Positions 40,291 to 54,300 of a stretch of DNA of 64,000 nt are shown one piece after another. The notes beneath the pieces are model-generated. The model was given only the letters and a program-made list of their open reading frames with translations, did no database searches and was not told the origin of the DNA. The DNA is from the human T2T-CHM13v2.0 reference genome, Homo sapiens. The stretch lies in the NCBI RefSeq assembly GCF_009914755.1, contig NC_060947.1; one strand, written 5' to 3'. The first letter of the stretch is position 1; each line of letters starts with the position of its first letter. Made by a program: the position numbers and the translations under genes.

Positions 40291-41430
40291 AGAAATTATA
40301 CAAATGACCAATAAGCACATAAAGAGATGCGTATCATTAGTAATCATTATAAAAATGAAAATCAAAACTACAATGGGATGCCCCCTCACAACCAGTTAGC
40401 ATGGCTACTTTCGAAACAAAGTAAGAAGTGTTGGCAAGGATTTGGAGAAATTGGAACCTATGTGCACTACTGGTAGGAATGTAAAATAGTGCAGCCACTG
40501 TGGAAAAGAGTATGGCAGTTCCTAAGAAAGTTAAAAATAGAATTACAATATAATCCAACAATTCCATTTCTGGGTATATGCCCAAATGAATTGAAAGCAG
40601 GGTCTTGAAGAGATACTTGTACATCCAAGTTCATAGCAGCTTTATTCACAGTAGCTAAAATGTGGGAGCAACCCAAGTATCCATGGACAGATGAATGGAT
40701 AAGCAAGATCTGTATATACATGCAGTCGAATATTACTCAGCCTCAAAAAGGAATACAATCCTGACATAGACTACAACATGAATAAACCTTGAGGACATTG
40801 TCATGAGTGGAATACACCAGTGGAAAAAAGAGAAATACCGTATGATATATGAGGTACTTAGAGTAGTCAAAATTGTAGAGACAAAAAGCAGAATGGTCAC
40901 TGTCAGAGGGCAGGGGGAAGGAGGAATGGGGGATTATTGTTTAATAGGTACAGAGTTTCAGTTTTCCAAGATGGAAATATTATTAATAATATTATTTGTT
41001 AGAAAAAACTTAAAAATTATATACATAGAAATGGGTGGTGGTGATGCTTGCACAACATTGTGAATGTGTTTTCTTTTTTTTCTTTTTTTTTTTTTTTTTT
41101 GAGACGGAGTCTCGTTCTGTCGCCCAGGCTGGAGTGTAGTGGCGCGATCTAGGCTTACTGCAAGCTCCACCGCCTCCCGGGTTCACGCCATTCTCCTGCC
41201 TCAGCCTCCCGAGTAGCTGGGACTACAGGTGCCTGCCACCACACCCTGCTAATTTTTTGTATTTTTAGTAGAGATGGGGTTTCACCGTGTTAGCCAGGAT
41301 GGTCTCAATCTCCTGACCTCGTGATCCGCCCATCTTGGCCTCCCAACTGAATGTGTTTTCTACCACTTATCTGTGTGTTTGAAAATGGTTGAGATGGTAA
41401 ATTTTATATGTATTTTACCATAATAAAAAT
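40291..41430 (+). mobile_element. L1MB 3' end
   Basis: ttgaaagcagggtcttgaagagat, gaggtacttagagtagtcaaa, gttgagatggtaaattttat. Confidence 0.85.
41075..41347 (-). mobile_element. AluY, 5'-truncated by about 35 nt
   Basis: Perfect 14-bp TSD tgaatgtgttttct (41061-41074 / 41348-41361), plus Y diagnostics. Confidence 0.96.
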
Positions 41431-41449
41431 GGGAAACAACACTATGTAA

Positions 41450-42400
41450 TTTTGAGGACCTAAGAAGTAGAGGTATTCAGAGCAGAAACTAGAGCAATAG
41501 GAATTCAAGCAGTAAAAAAAGATAAAATAGAAAAAAAATTCCCTAGCTGACAGCAGATGAGTATATAGAAATTGAAACTACTCCTCAATATTTAGACAAA
41601 ATTAAGGAAAGAGACTCATACTATGGGATATATTTGCAAAAACATTCATTTAAATGTTAAATTTACAAATCCTACAATATTCAAAGCAGGAAAAAAAGTT
41701 TACTGATGAATTCAGAAAATCAGCCCGAATTCAATTTTTTATTCAGAAAAAACTAAATGCATGAAAAGAATGGAGAAATGTGTACAATTATTCCTGGGAA
41801 AAAAATCTATAACCTAAGATTCCTACTCTGCTAACTTGTCATGTACGTAGGAATAAAGCAATGATAATGATATTCTAACTCAGTCGTACTGACCTCCTTA
41901 CCCTTTTTTTCACCTCATGGCACACATAGAAAATGATGTTTTAATTGCATAATAGGATAACTAGATATGGCTGCTCATAAGGGACAATTAGCCTAAAGGT
42001 TCTGGGTGCCCCAATCTATGACTAGCCACCCCAAAATTTTAGGAAATCTATTCACCAGTACACTTGTCATTCATATTTGGTACACTCTTCTGATATGGCA
42101 CACTAGTTGGAGAACGCTCTTCTAACATATACTAGGGTTCATAAAACATACTGCTCATTCACTCTTCAGTAGAAAATCATCTAAATTGTACTTCCACTGA
42201 AAGAAAGATGAAGATAGAACGCAAGAATAATAATCTTTTGAAGAAGCCAACTGCAGGGACATTCAAACCAATAAATAGAGAGTGGTAAGCATGAACAAGT
42301 GCTAGAAATACAAGTACTACATTGACTTCAAAATTCTAAAGCTATTCTTGAAAAATATTTACATAATTAAAATTTATTATTATATTTTTATTATTTGGGT
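41450..42400 (+). mobile_element. Ancient L1 ORF1/HAL1-like remnant, possibly with a hAT-type MITE near 41880-42120
   Basis: Weak motifs (aacctaagattcctactctgctaac; catggcacacatagaaaatg...ggcacactagttggaga). Confidence 0.4.
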
Positions 42401-42589
42401 CTTTAAGTATGCATTAAATTAACATTGAAAGTACTGTAAACAGGGTGACTAATGCTGGTAAATCAAATGGACAGTTGTCAGGACTTCTATTATCCTTTCT
42501 GTAACATTTGTAACTAATATTAAAAAGTTTCAGAAATATTATTTGTTAGAAAAAAAATTAAAAATTTTATACATAAGTTTTTGAAGTTA

Positions 42590-44150
42590 AAAATAAAAGA
42601 AACTTCTCTGAGCCTGATCCTTAATTTTAATTCTCAAAGATAAGCTCTGTTCAAAATTTCTAGTGTATCCTTACAAAGTTATCGATATTATGACATTTGA
42701 TATATGCCAGATGATACAGAGCATGTACAATGCCACATTTTCATTGGACTATGTATTACGGCATTTGGCATATTTCATATGACATGTAACATATGTTATA
42801 TAATTTTTTCCTTTTCTACAAAAATGGCATATAATATATACTCCTCTTTGCCCTGGATCTTTGTTTATTTTCTTTTAATATGTATTGGACATATTGTTTA
42901 TTTCAGCTCCTATATATCTACCATCCCTTTTAATTGTTGCATAGTATTGCATTGAATCGGTGCATGAAGATTTGCTAATTTACATGTCAAATACCCTATT
43001 GATTGATAATTAAGTAGTTTCAACTTGTTATTTTTAGTAACATGATATTGCAAATTTTTACAAATGCATGTGTAAATATTTGTGCATGTCTTTCTATAGG
43101 ATAAATTTATAAAATTAGAAATGCTGAGCAGAGGCATATGAATATTTATGTGTTGAGAGATATTCCTGTGTTGTTGTTGGGTAAGATATGCCAATTTACA
43201 TTGAACCAACAATGAATGATAGAGCAGGTTTCTTCATATCCTTGACAGTAAGGTAGTTTACCACCTTTTCACTTTTTAAAAAATATCTGATAGACAAACT
43301 ATAATATATTCCATAAATTCTTAGTGAAGTTAACTATCGTTTCATGTTTATTAATCATTTTTATTTTTTCTCTGGATATCTTGTTCCCAATTTTTATCCC
43401 CGCCTCTTTTTTTTTTTTTTACCAGTTTATCTGTGTGTTCCCCTTGCAAACTTGTAAGAACTATACATGTGTTAATAATAACAGGCCTCAGCCTATTAAG
43501 GAGTTGAATTTTTTTCCAGTTATTGTCTTTTGAAACGTTTATACTATTTCTTGGTACATGAAATTTTTAAATGTTTAGATACTACATTTTATCAATTGCT
43601 TTCTTTATGGCTTCTGTCTTTCTGAGGAAGTGCTTCCTCACTCCAAGACTTTAAAAATATTTCTTTTGCATTTTATCCTTGTGATTTTATGATTTCACTA
43701 ACTTTTTTCTATCTAAAATCCAACTAGAAGTTTTACTGTTATAAGGAAGTAAAATGGGTCCAGCTTAATTTTTCCTAAGTGATTATCAGATGTCTCTAAA
43801 TAATTGGATGGTTCATCTTGTCCTCATTGATATTTACTCATTTTGATATTTATTCTATGACATTTATTCTATCTTTCTCTATGTATGTATTTATCAACAC
43901 ACACACACATACACTTCTATACAGAGAGAAACATCTAGATGTATTTCCCTCTTCCACTAATATTTCTGTCTATGCTCACAACAGTAACACTTCATTTAAA
44001 TTATGATAACTAGTTATAGGTTTAATTGTTTGTAGATTCAGTTTCTTCACTCCACCAGTACTCTTATTTTTTAAAAGTTTATTAGATATGGAATCTTATT
44101 CCAGATAAACTTTTGAATCCTATTGTTATGATACAAATAGTGTTTGTGTT
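42590..44150 (-). mobile_element. L1ME 3' region
   Basis: Antisense motifs (tttaattgttgcatagtatt, ggataaatttataaaattagaaatgctg, ccaatttacattgaaccaacaatg). Confidence 0.65.
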
Positions 44151-44379
44151 TAAATTTAGTAACTGTGTGACTATCATAATTTAAGTAGACATATTTTAGG
44201 CCTTATACGTTTCTGGTAATTTCTTCATTCATTTTTTTAAATTTAAAAGTATAGCTGTTAAAGCACTGTAGGTATAGTGGTAAGAAAACAGACCTTTATG
44301 GACCTTATAGGTAGTAAGTAATAAACGATATTAATACACAAAATGTATGCATACAACACATTAAATAATAATGTTATTT

Positions 44380-45105
44380 GAAAAGCTCCCAGCTAAATTA
44401 GGGCTCCAATACCAGAGCGGCTAGCAACTCTGCCGTAAAGGGAAACGAAGGGGAGTTGGATGTGGGTAGTTACAGGATGCCTTTCATAGGATACTTCTTT
44501 TACCTGGAGGATAGCCTAATGTCCAGTCTTCACATGGAAAGCTTGTTTATACTGGCAGATGCTCCTGTAGCTCCTGACTGACTCATGTCCAGTTTATGCC
44601 TACCTGACCATTGCTGTAGCACTGGGAGCCTGATCTTATCTTCTCTCCCAAACCCTGGAAACCCTTGCCTGGGGGAGCCATCGGCTCTTCAGATAGAAGG
44701 CTTAAATTCAATACACCACCACAATAGGAAAAGTTCAAGGATTTTCACTTACAGATCCTGGACAGGGAAGATGCAATGAGTCGGGAGAGAATTCTTCCAT
44801 TCCCAGGTTATGTGAGCCAGGAATGAAGAGTCAGGCAGACGAGAGAGAGAGAGAGAGCACGAGAGAGCACATGTGGCAAGTAGTAGTATATAAGGGAGTA
44901 TGGTGTGAGTCACTTTATGTTTCCAGGCATTAAATGCCTAAATGGTCTATTTAAAGAAGGCAGTCAGAACAGCTAAGAGTCCAGTTTGCTAGGCAGGAGA
45001 GATACCTCTAAGTTTTCATCTTTGGCTACCTGTTTGAGCCATTGCGTATGGTATTCTACTTCTAATGCCTAGGAAGCAGCCTTTTCTGTGTCATTCCCAT
45101 TTCAT
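44380..45105 (-). mobile_element. ERVL-class LTR (MER73/MER74/MER54-like)
   Basis: cttgtttatactggcagatgctcctgtagctc...tccagtttatgcctacc. It interrupts L2-like sequence. Confidence 0.55.
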
Positions 45106-45159
45106 AAATAATAATAATTGCATAAGTAATTACCCACACACATATAACATATTATTTTT

Positions 45160-45540
45160 GTCATAGAAGGAAACGAAACAGCACAATAGGTTATACAGGG
45201 AAATTATAGGCCATGCTATAGATTTTATTCTACCTCAAATTGCAATGGAAAACCATTGGAGGGCTTTAAATGAGGAAGAGACACGAGCATATTTGAAGTT
45301 TTAAAACTGCTTCTGTCTGTTGTTAAGGAGAGAGATCGAGTTGGGGCAAGGGCAGAAGTTAGGGAACAAGTTGGGAAACTATGATGGTAAAAAAAGAAAT
45401 GACGGTGTTTTGGTCTTAGACTAGAAAGAGAATGGAGTTAGAGGTAGACAAATTTAAAGCATTGAGTAGAATTGATAGGATTTGGGGTTGAATTAGACTG
45501 AAACAGTTTATGGCTGACAGAGGCTGTCTAATTTAGGTAA
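45160..45540 (-). mobile_element. L2 fragment
   Basis: gcaatggaaaaccattggagggcttt, gtagaattgataggatttgg. Confidence 0.6.
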
Positions 45541-45829
45541 GTTATTTTCTTATATCTGCCCTCCATTTAACTGACTTTTACTATTTTTTTGGCTGCTTTA
45601 TTTCTGCCTTTGATGTAACTTTTATTTTTTGAAATGGCTTTATGGTTTCTATGTAGTCTAATTCTGCAGTATTTGTCCCTTTTTTTTGTCTAATTGCTTG
45701 TTATCTGATCTCCTATTTCTTTGAATTACTTTTCCAAAGACAGTGTTTTTATTTGCTTTAAAAAATAGAGACTTTTTGTATGAATTTTTTCTATTTACAA
45801 AAAGAAGTCTTTTGAAGAGTTTTGTGTGG

Positions 45830-46131
45830 TGTTTTGTTTGCTTGTTTTTGAGACAGGATCGCACTCTATTGCCCAGGCTGGAGTGCAGTAGTGTGATCTC
45901 GGCTCACTGTAGCCTCAAATTCTCATGCTCAAGCAATCCTCCCACCTCAGCCTACCTGGTAGCTGGTACCACAGGTGCACACCACCACACCTGGCCAATT
46001 TTTTGTATTATTTTTTAGAGAAAGGGTTTCGCCATTTTGGCCAGGCTGGTCTCAAACTCCTGATCTCAGGTTATCCACCCGCCTCGGCCTACCAAAGTGC
46101 TGGGATTACAGGCGTGAGCCACCACGTTTGG
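45830..46131 (-). mobile_element. AluJ (Jb-like)
   Basis: J-type right arm (gctcaagcaatcctccc). TSD-like tgaagagtttt / tgaagagtatt. Confidence 0.9.
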
Positions 46132-46921
46132 TGAAGAGTATTTTTGATATATATTTTGTGTCATGTCCCTTTCACATTACCTTTTAGTATGGTATGCACA
46201 GGTACTTTGTTGGAAAATTGGTGCTTGTTATATTTAAACACGCATATTTCGGCCTCCCATTTTCTTATGATTTGGACAGAGAGGACAATAAATGGAGTAC
46301 AGGGAATGGAAACAAACACAGCTGATAACTTCAAATTGAATGCATTGCTTTAAACACCCTGTACTAAATCTAATGAACTTTCTATTATATCATGAGATAC
46401 TGTTTTTTTTTTCTTTTGTCGCTATCTGTTTTAAAGGAAAACATGATCACTCCTGTTGAAGGCCAGATCAATATGGATCACTTAACCGATTTAACAGATT
46501 ACACTGAGGCTAACAACTAATTCACAATTTTTTCTTTTTTTGGGAGGGGGGTCGGGCACAGTTAGGGTGTAATTGTATTCACTTTATTTTCAAAAGCAGC
46601 TGTATATTGAATATGTCATATATATCTTCAGAGATTCCCACAGGACCATGAGCTTTAGCTGCTTGCTTTGCCTGAACTACCACCCATATGTTAACCCACC
46701 TTACTTAGGCTGCATGGTTTCTCACCCAGGGCCAATCTGTAAATTACCTGTAAGAGCCAGGCATCCCCTTTGAGTATTACCACACAGCCAGACCCACTAA
46801 ATGTGCACCTTGAGTTTTTGATTTATCCTGCAACTTGTATATACACCTTGTTGCAGAGTGCTTCAGTTGGTTTCTAAGCAGTCTATATAGGATGACTTAA
46901 CCCAGAAGTATGGGGCTGTAA

Positions 46922-47022
46922 AGGTGATGAGATAATCTGTACAACAAGCCCCCATGACACAAGTTTACCTGTGTAACAAACCTGAACATGTACGCCTGAA
47001 GTTAAAATACAAGTTAAAAAAA
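46922..47022 (+). mobile_element. Short old L1PA 3' end
   Basis: aatctgtacaacaagcccccatgacacaagtttacctgtgtaacaaacctg...A-tail. Confidence 0.85.
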
Positions 47023-47589
47023 GGAAATGTGGCATTAAGCGTCCAATTTGAAAATGTATGTGGCATATACATAAATACTGTTTATCTCATTGACCAGTCA
47101 TAAAGAGAGGAAAGCCGAGAATCATGCAGATAAATGCATTTCTTCCTCCCACAGACTCTTCTAAGAATTGCTCTACTGCCTAGCTGGAGATCCATGTGGT
47201 TGAGAGAATTTACGTGCTCAACAGTCTACTGGCTTGGCCAGCATATCAACTTGAGTTGATTCCCATCCTTTTTACCTAGCTTCCCCTTTTCTCCACTGTT
47301 ACTGTCCTTGGATTGAATTTCTCAAAAATAACATCAGCACTTACTTCTGACTTCAAACTCTATTTTCTAAAGAAGCCAGATTAAGATAAACCACAAGCAA
47401 ACTTTTAGTTTGCTGATTGATTTATCTACAAAACCTTACCTTCCCAGCCTCTTGATCATTTTAATGTGCATTAAGACTGAATCAAATAGATATAGTTCCT
47501 CCCTTAGTGTCATATCCTTTGTCATTTTGTTGTGCGCCTCACCATGGCTCTAGTCCTTATTGATTCAAGTCTTCATCACTCACTCAAAT

Positions 47590-48000
47590 ACTCTCAGATC
47601 TAACTGCCTACTGTGAAATATTCAAACTTGTCCAAAGGAAAATGCTTGATTTTCTCCCCCAAACTGCTCATCTGCTAGTTTCCCATATATACATTAATGC
47701 ACCAATATCCACCTATATTTTAGGCCAAACACCTAAGGGTCATTCTTGATTTCTCTCTTTTCTTAATGAGCCACATCCAATGTATTAGCAGTGATGCCTA
47801 TCTATCTCCAAATTAGATTCCTCTCTCTTCTGTTTTGGCCTTCTCCAATTCATTCTCACATCAGTCAGAGTGCTCTTTTGGAAATACAATTCATATTATA
47901 TCATTCCCCTCCTTTAACCTCCCACAAGGGCCCCTGATCAGTTGTCACTGGGTTATAGTTATTTCTTAAAACAACTTAAAAGGCTTATCATGATGTAGCT
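47590..48000 (+). mobile_element. L2 fragment
   Basis: cttgattttctcccccaaactgctc, ggtcattcttgatttctctc, cagagtgctcttttggaaatac. Confidence 0.65.
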
Positions 48001-48187
48001 TCTGATTATTTCTGTATTACAAAATATTACTTTTGTAATATTTTCACTTTTATTTATGAATTATGAAGCACAGTGTAATAGAAATGACAGGTGTCTTCGA
48101 GACGATATGGTGCAATTTATCTTCTTCTTCCTAGTGTAAGAGTATGTATATGCCAAATACATTTTCAAATTGGATGCTTAATGTCAT

Positions 48188-48960
48188 ATTTCTTTTTTTT
48201 AACTTGTATTTTAATCTCAGAGGTATATGTTCAGGTTTGTTACGTAGGTAAACTTGTGTCACGTGGGTGTGTTGTACAGGTTATTTCATCACCCAGCTAT
48301 TAACCTTAATACCATTAGTTATTTTTCCTGATCCTCTCCCTCCTCCTACCCTCACCTTCGGATAGGCTCCAGTGTCTGTTGTTCCCCTCTATGTGTCCAT
48401 GTGTTCGCATCATTTAGCTCCCACTTATAAGTGGGAACATGCAGTATTTGTTTTTTTTTTTTTCCCCTGTACTAGTTCGCTAAGGATAATGGCCTCCAGC
48501 TCTATCTATATCTCTGCAAAGGACATGATCTCATTCTTTTTTATGGCTGCATAGTATTCCATGGTGACATGCACCACATTTTCTTTATCCAGTCTATCAT
48601 TGATGGGCATTGAGATTGATCCCATGTCTTTGCTATTGTGAATAGTGTTGCAGTGAACCTACATGTGCATGTGTCTTTAAAATAGAATGATTTATATTCT
48701 TTTTTTTTTAATTATACTTTAAGTTTTAGGGTACATGTGCACAACGTGCAGGTTCGTTACATATGTATACATGTGCGATGCTGGTGCGCTGCACCCACTA
48801 ACTCGTCATCTAGCATTAGGTATATCTCCCAATGATTTATATTCTTTTAAGTGTATACCCGGTAATGGGATTGCTGAGTAAAATAGTACTTCTGTCTTTA
48901 GGTCTTTGAGGAATTGCTACACTGTCTTCCACAATGGTTGAACTAACTGACACTCTCACA
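48188..48960 (-). mobile_element. Old L1PA 3' end
   Basis: caggtttgttacgtaggtaaacttgtgtc, aaggataatggcctccagctc, gtcttccacaatggttgaactaa. Confidence 0.88.
48700..48830 (-). mobile_element. About 130-bp L1PA2-like 3' end nested in the older L1
   Basis: ctggtgcgctgcacccactaactcgtcatctagcattaggtatatctccc. Perfect TSD aatgatttatattctttt (48686-48703 / 48831-48848). Confidence 0.92.
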
Positions 48961-50151
48961 TTTTGGGTGGGGCCTTTTTAGCCATGGCTGGAGCTGGAGC
49001 AGTTAGGAAGCAGAAGGCAGTGTTCCAAGGTTGTGTAAGGCAGCAGGGCCCTGGGCCTGGCCAAGTAAACCATTCTTCCTTCCTAGGCATCTGGGCCTGT
49101 TATGGAAGGGGCTGCTGCAAGGGTCTCTGAAATGCCTTTGAGGTCTTTACCCCATTGTCTTGGCTATTAGCACTTGGTTACTCTTTACTTTTGCAAATAT
49201 CTGCGGCTGGCTTGAATTCTGCCCCTGAAAATGGGTTTTTCTTTTCTACTACGTAGCCTGGTTAAAAATGTTCCAAACTTGCATGCTCTGCTTCCCTTTT
49301 AAATGTAAGTTCCAGATTCAGACCATCATTTTGCTCACATATATTAGCATATGTCGTTACAAGCAGCCAGGCTATATCTTTAGTGCTTTGCTGCATAGAC
49401 ATTTGTTCCACCAGATACCCTAAATCATCTCTCTCAGGTTCAACGTTCCATGGATCTCTAGGGCAGAAGTGCATTGCCTCTAACCTCCTTGCTACTGCAT
49501 AACAAAAATAACTTATGATTCAGTCCCCGATAAACTCCTCATCTCCATCTGAGAGGCCTTCTCAGTCTGGACATCATTGTCCATATCACTATCAGCATTT
49601 TGGTCCCAACAATGTAACAAGTATCTAGGAAGCTTCAAGCTTCCTCTCATTTTCCTGTCTTCTGAGCCCTCCAGACTATTTTAACCTCCGCCCATTACCC
49701 AGATCCAATGTCGTTTCCACATTTGCAGGTATCTTTATAACAACACCCCACTGTCAGTACCCATTTTCTCTACTAGTCCTTTCTCACGTTGTTATAAAGA
49801 ACTACCTGAGACTGGGTAATTTATAAAGTAAAAATGTTTAATTGGCTCACGGTTCCACAAGCTGTACAGGAAGCATGGCTTGGGAGGCCTCAGGAAGCTT
49901 ACAATAATGGCAGATGGTGAAGAGGAAGGAGGCATGTCTTACATGGCCCGGGCAAGGGAAAGAGAGAGAAGGAGGAGGTCCTACACACTTTTAAACAATC
50001 AAATATGATGAGAACTCACTCACTATCGTGAGTACAGCAAGAGGAAAATCTGCCCCCATGATCCAGTCACCCCCACCAGGCCCCTCCTCCAACACTGGGG
50101 ATTACAATTCAACATGAGACGTGGGCAGGAGGAAAAATCCAAAGCATGTCA
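48961..50151 (-). mobile_element. MST MaLR: partial internal region (48961-49768) and 5' LTR (49769-50151)
   Basis: Antisense MST-int (ccagataccctaaatcatctctctc; ORF-track HFCPRDPWNVEPERDDLGYL). LTR text aactacctgagactgggtaatttat...aaagcatgtca. Confidence 0.9.
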
Positions 50152-50199
50152 CCCCTCCGATGTGACTGGATTTTAGACTGCTTTGAGCGTCACAGGGCA

Positions 50200-50470
50200 A
50201 GAGAAATAATGGTATATGGCTCCCAGAGCTAGAATAGAAAAGGCTCTAAAGTTTCTACTAGGATCTCTTGGAATACTTATTTGGTGGTAGATTGAGGTCA
50301 TATAGGAAGGCCGATTGCTCGGCAACTACCATGGTAATCTATTGGAAAGTCTCAACTGGGGTCCCAGCCTCCAGTCAGCATCTAATACCAGTTACATCAG
50401 TGAACCATTTTGAGTGCCCAGTCCAGCTGAGGTTTCAAAGGACTGAAGGCCCTACTGTCATTTGTTTTTG
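50200..50470 (+). mobile_element. Old MLT1-type LTR fragment
   Basis: ccagttacatcagtgaaccattttgagtgcccagtccagctgagg. Confidence 0.45.
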
Positions 50471-50633
50471 TCAAAGAAAAGCTTAGCTAGTTATTACTGG
50501 ATTGTATTAAAATAAAGGACTCTGTGGTTTTATATTAAGGCCATAATAACTTATCATTATATACAATTTATATTCAATTGATATACTTCAGGAGCATATA
50601 TAATTTGTTAACATTTTCTGACTTTTGCACAAA

Positions 50634-51367
<734 letters not shown>

Positions 51368-54300
51368 TCAACTTTTAATTCATATTTTTCTCTTTCACTT
51401 TTTTATTCTCACATACACTCTCAATTTGTTTCTTCCTCTAGGTCTTAGACATGGTCATTTTGACTTGGCTTTAATGTAAATAAATATGTGTTCACTATAT
51501 TTGGATAGATATTATTCTACAATAACTATATTGAATGTGTTACATTTTGCAAGTTCTCCTAATGTAGATACACATCTACTTATAAAAGTCATCATGTATT
51601 GTGCCAAACACAGGTATTTCTGTGTAGCAAATGTATGTAGTCTGTATGCTTAGAGCATGAAAATGAAGCCACAGAATTTAAATGAAATGCAACTGATCAG
51701 TTGCTCTTCCAATTTGTGAAGAGAATATATATTACTGTTTTGTGGCGTAAAGAGCAAGTAACTACCCTTTAAATAATGACAGAAATATTTCCTGTATAAC
51801 AAATAAAGTAGGACATATACTTGTGAAAAATTTTCACTAAACAAAAAAAAAATCATCCTAAATGCAATAATATGGCTGTTTTTCTGTATATCACAGGCAT
51901 GAGAATAGTTATTGCTTTTTTCTAAACAATGCAGTAAAAACTGCTAAATGTCAACAGAAATCAACAGAATCTGGAGTTAACTCAAAGTCCAGATAGAAAA
52001 ATTTCAAATTTACTATGCCCCTCTGGAGAAGCTATGTTTTCTTCAACCTCCCATCACTGAGCATATTATGGAGCATACTATGTGTAAGCAAAACTCTTAT
52101 CTATTGCTTTGCATAGAAGGAAGGCAACTTTTATTTATGGAATGCACAGTATGTACCAGGTAAACACTGTACTATATTATATGTTAATATCATTTCATTT
52201 TCCTAGTACAATTTTGTGAAGGAAGAGGTGGCTTGGATATAAATATTTAGCAGTAATACAACTAAGCCATCGTTTTATTTACATCCATAAAATATTAGCC
52301 TTGGAAGAAGCTATTAGAGATCAGTTAGTCTGGTGGGTTTTAACCAGGTTATAGTCTAAGTACTATTAATATAGGTGACATATTACTACAAATAATATGT
52401 TTTATTATAACTGAAAGATCTGAGGAAAGTAAACTTTGGGTAGAAGCATGTGTGGTTTGAGAAAAAAAAAAATCATCCAGGATTTTCTGATATGCTCCTT
52501 TGAATGAATGTTGCCGTCCTTCCCTTTCTCCTGCCTGCCGTGTCCATTGGAGAATAATGAAGTGGCTGAATTAGCTTTCTTTACAAATAAAACAGTTAGA
52601 AAATTATAGCAGCTTAGAGAAAGTGATTTGGCCAAAGCACACGGTGCAAGATAATGTCAGGAGCGGGTTTAGAATCCTTGCTATCTCTATGTTCTTTCTT
52701 CTAACACTTGCTAACTGCTCTTCCAAAATGTGCACAGATTAATGCATTTTCAGAAATGCTGGATTTGAGAAATGATCAGACCATCCTTATATAAGAAAAA
52801 CTCATTTTGCCTACTATGGAAATTATGTCAGTGCAAGAATTCCATGGCTTCATGTATTAGTCACTGTCCCATTTGCAAGATAAAGCCTGGAACACTGGTG
52901 CTGGAGTCATCATTTGTAATTCAAGGCAAATGAGAGAAATACCATGCATATTGATTATTCCTTCTGAAAAATTAAAGTTGATGGGGAATTTGAGATGGTT
53001 GTGACCACCATAGGAATGAAAATTATAACCTGAATTGCTATATGAACGTGAATCAAAGTATTGTTACCACTTGCAGAAATCATTTATTGGGTGTCCACTC
53101 CCATAAAAAATGTATTATTTTTGTTCATTTTGTTGACAGATTGTTGGCATTTATGCAGATGTGGGAAGCAGGTACACTTTATTTGATTCCTTAGGACATA
53201 GTCATATCTTTTTGTTAATTTATTATAGCAGAACATTCAGTATATTTTAATGCAACCAGAATAGAAAATGAGCTCCTCCCAGTGACTTATTTCATTTCTA
53301 AAAATTATTATTATTAAATTAAATCACTGGCAAAGAACACTATTTGATTTTCTAAATTAAAGGCAAATATCGTAGGTTAGTTGTTATCAAGTATCTTGGC
53401 ATTCAAATTCAGGGCAGATTCAGCTTTCGCTAGGAAAAGCAGATTTTCTTTTGAGTCAAGTGAGCTACCTAATTAGGTTCTTCATCCAAAGCTGTTTGAA
53501 GAATTACTAAACGCATTCATCCCAGTTCTCCCAGCCTACAAGTCAGACTATTGGAAACTCACTGAAGAGAAGATAAGGCATTTACTTAGGGGCAGGAGAT
53601 GTTAAATTTTCCTGTGACTTTTATTCATCAATTAGTTATTATGTCCTAATGCTCTTTATCAATATTACTTACTAAACCCTAAGCCTGATCTGTACCAATT
53701 GCAATGCACTATTTATTCTGAGCAGCAGGTGCTAACTTTTTTTCTCATAGTGATAGCACCCATTTTCTGCAACAAATGACAACTATTTTTTCTCTTATAA
53801 TTCTAATTAAGATTTCCTTGGACCATGCAGAAAAATGACATTGTTTATCTGTTCAAAAATCAAAGCTTATTTTTTAGTTTTTTATCCATTGATCTTAATT
53901 TGCAAGTTCTCAAAGGCAATACCTTCAACTTAAATTATGGCCAGAGTTTGCATTATCTTCACTGAGTATAAATAAAATTATATGATATGATGCAAAAAAG
54001 GAAAAAAAATTAGACAGTAAAGCCCCCATACCAGACCAAAATCACATGCCCGATAGTGTATGGGTAGAATTATCTTTTGCTTTCATTTTTATTTCAATTG
54101 GAGGAAAACAGGCATACAATCCACTTTGCTTCATTAACTGTGATCTGGATAAAAAGTTTTAGCCAATTTTTATTAAGTATCATTTATAAGGGAAAAAGTT
54201 TTGTCCATATTACCAAAACACCAGCATGTTTTCCAACATATGTGTTTAAGGAGAACTAAAAATGTATGTGGTGATGACACTATTATTTCCTTATAGAATA

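Noticed and set aside
45830-46131. AluJ/AluS chimera from Alu-Alu recombination
   Set aside because: One TSD pair flanks the whole element, and Jb-type Alus can have S-like left arms. It cannot be distinguished by eye.
46400-46520. Acceptor-like T-tract followed by a short frame ENMITPVEGQINMDHL...
   Set aside because: It is only about 27 codons with a weak AAG acceptor, no recognisable homology and no partner exon.
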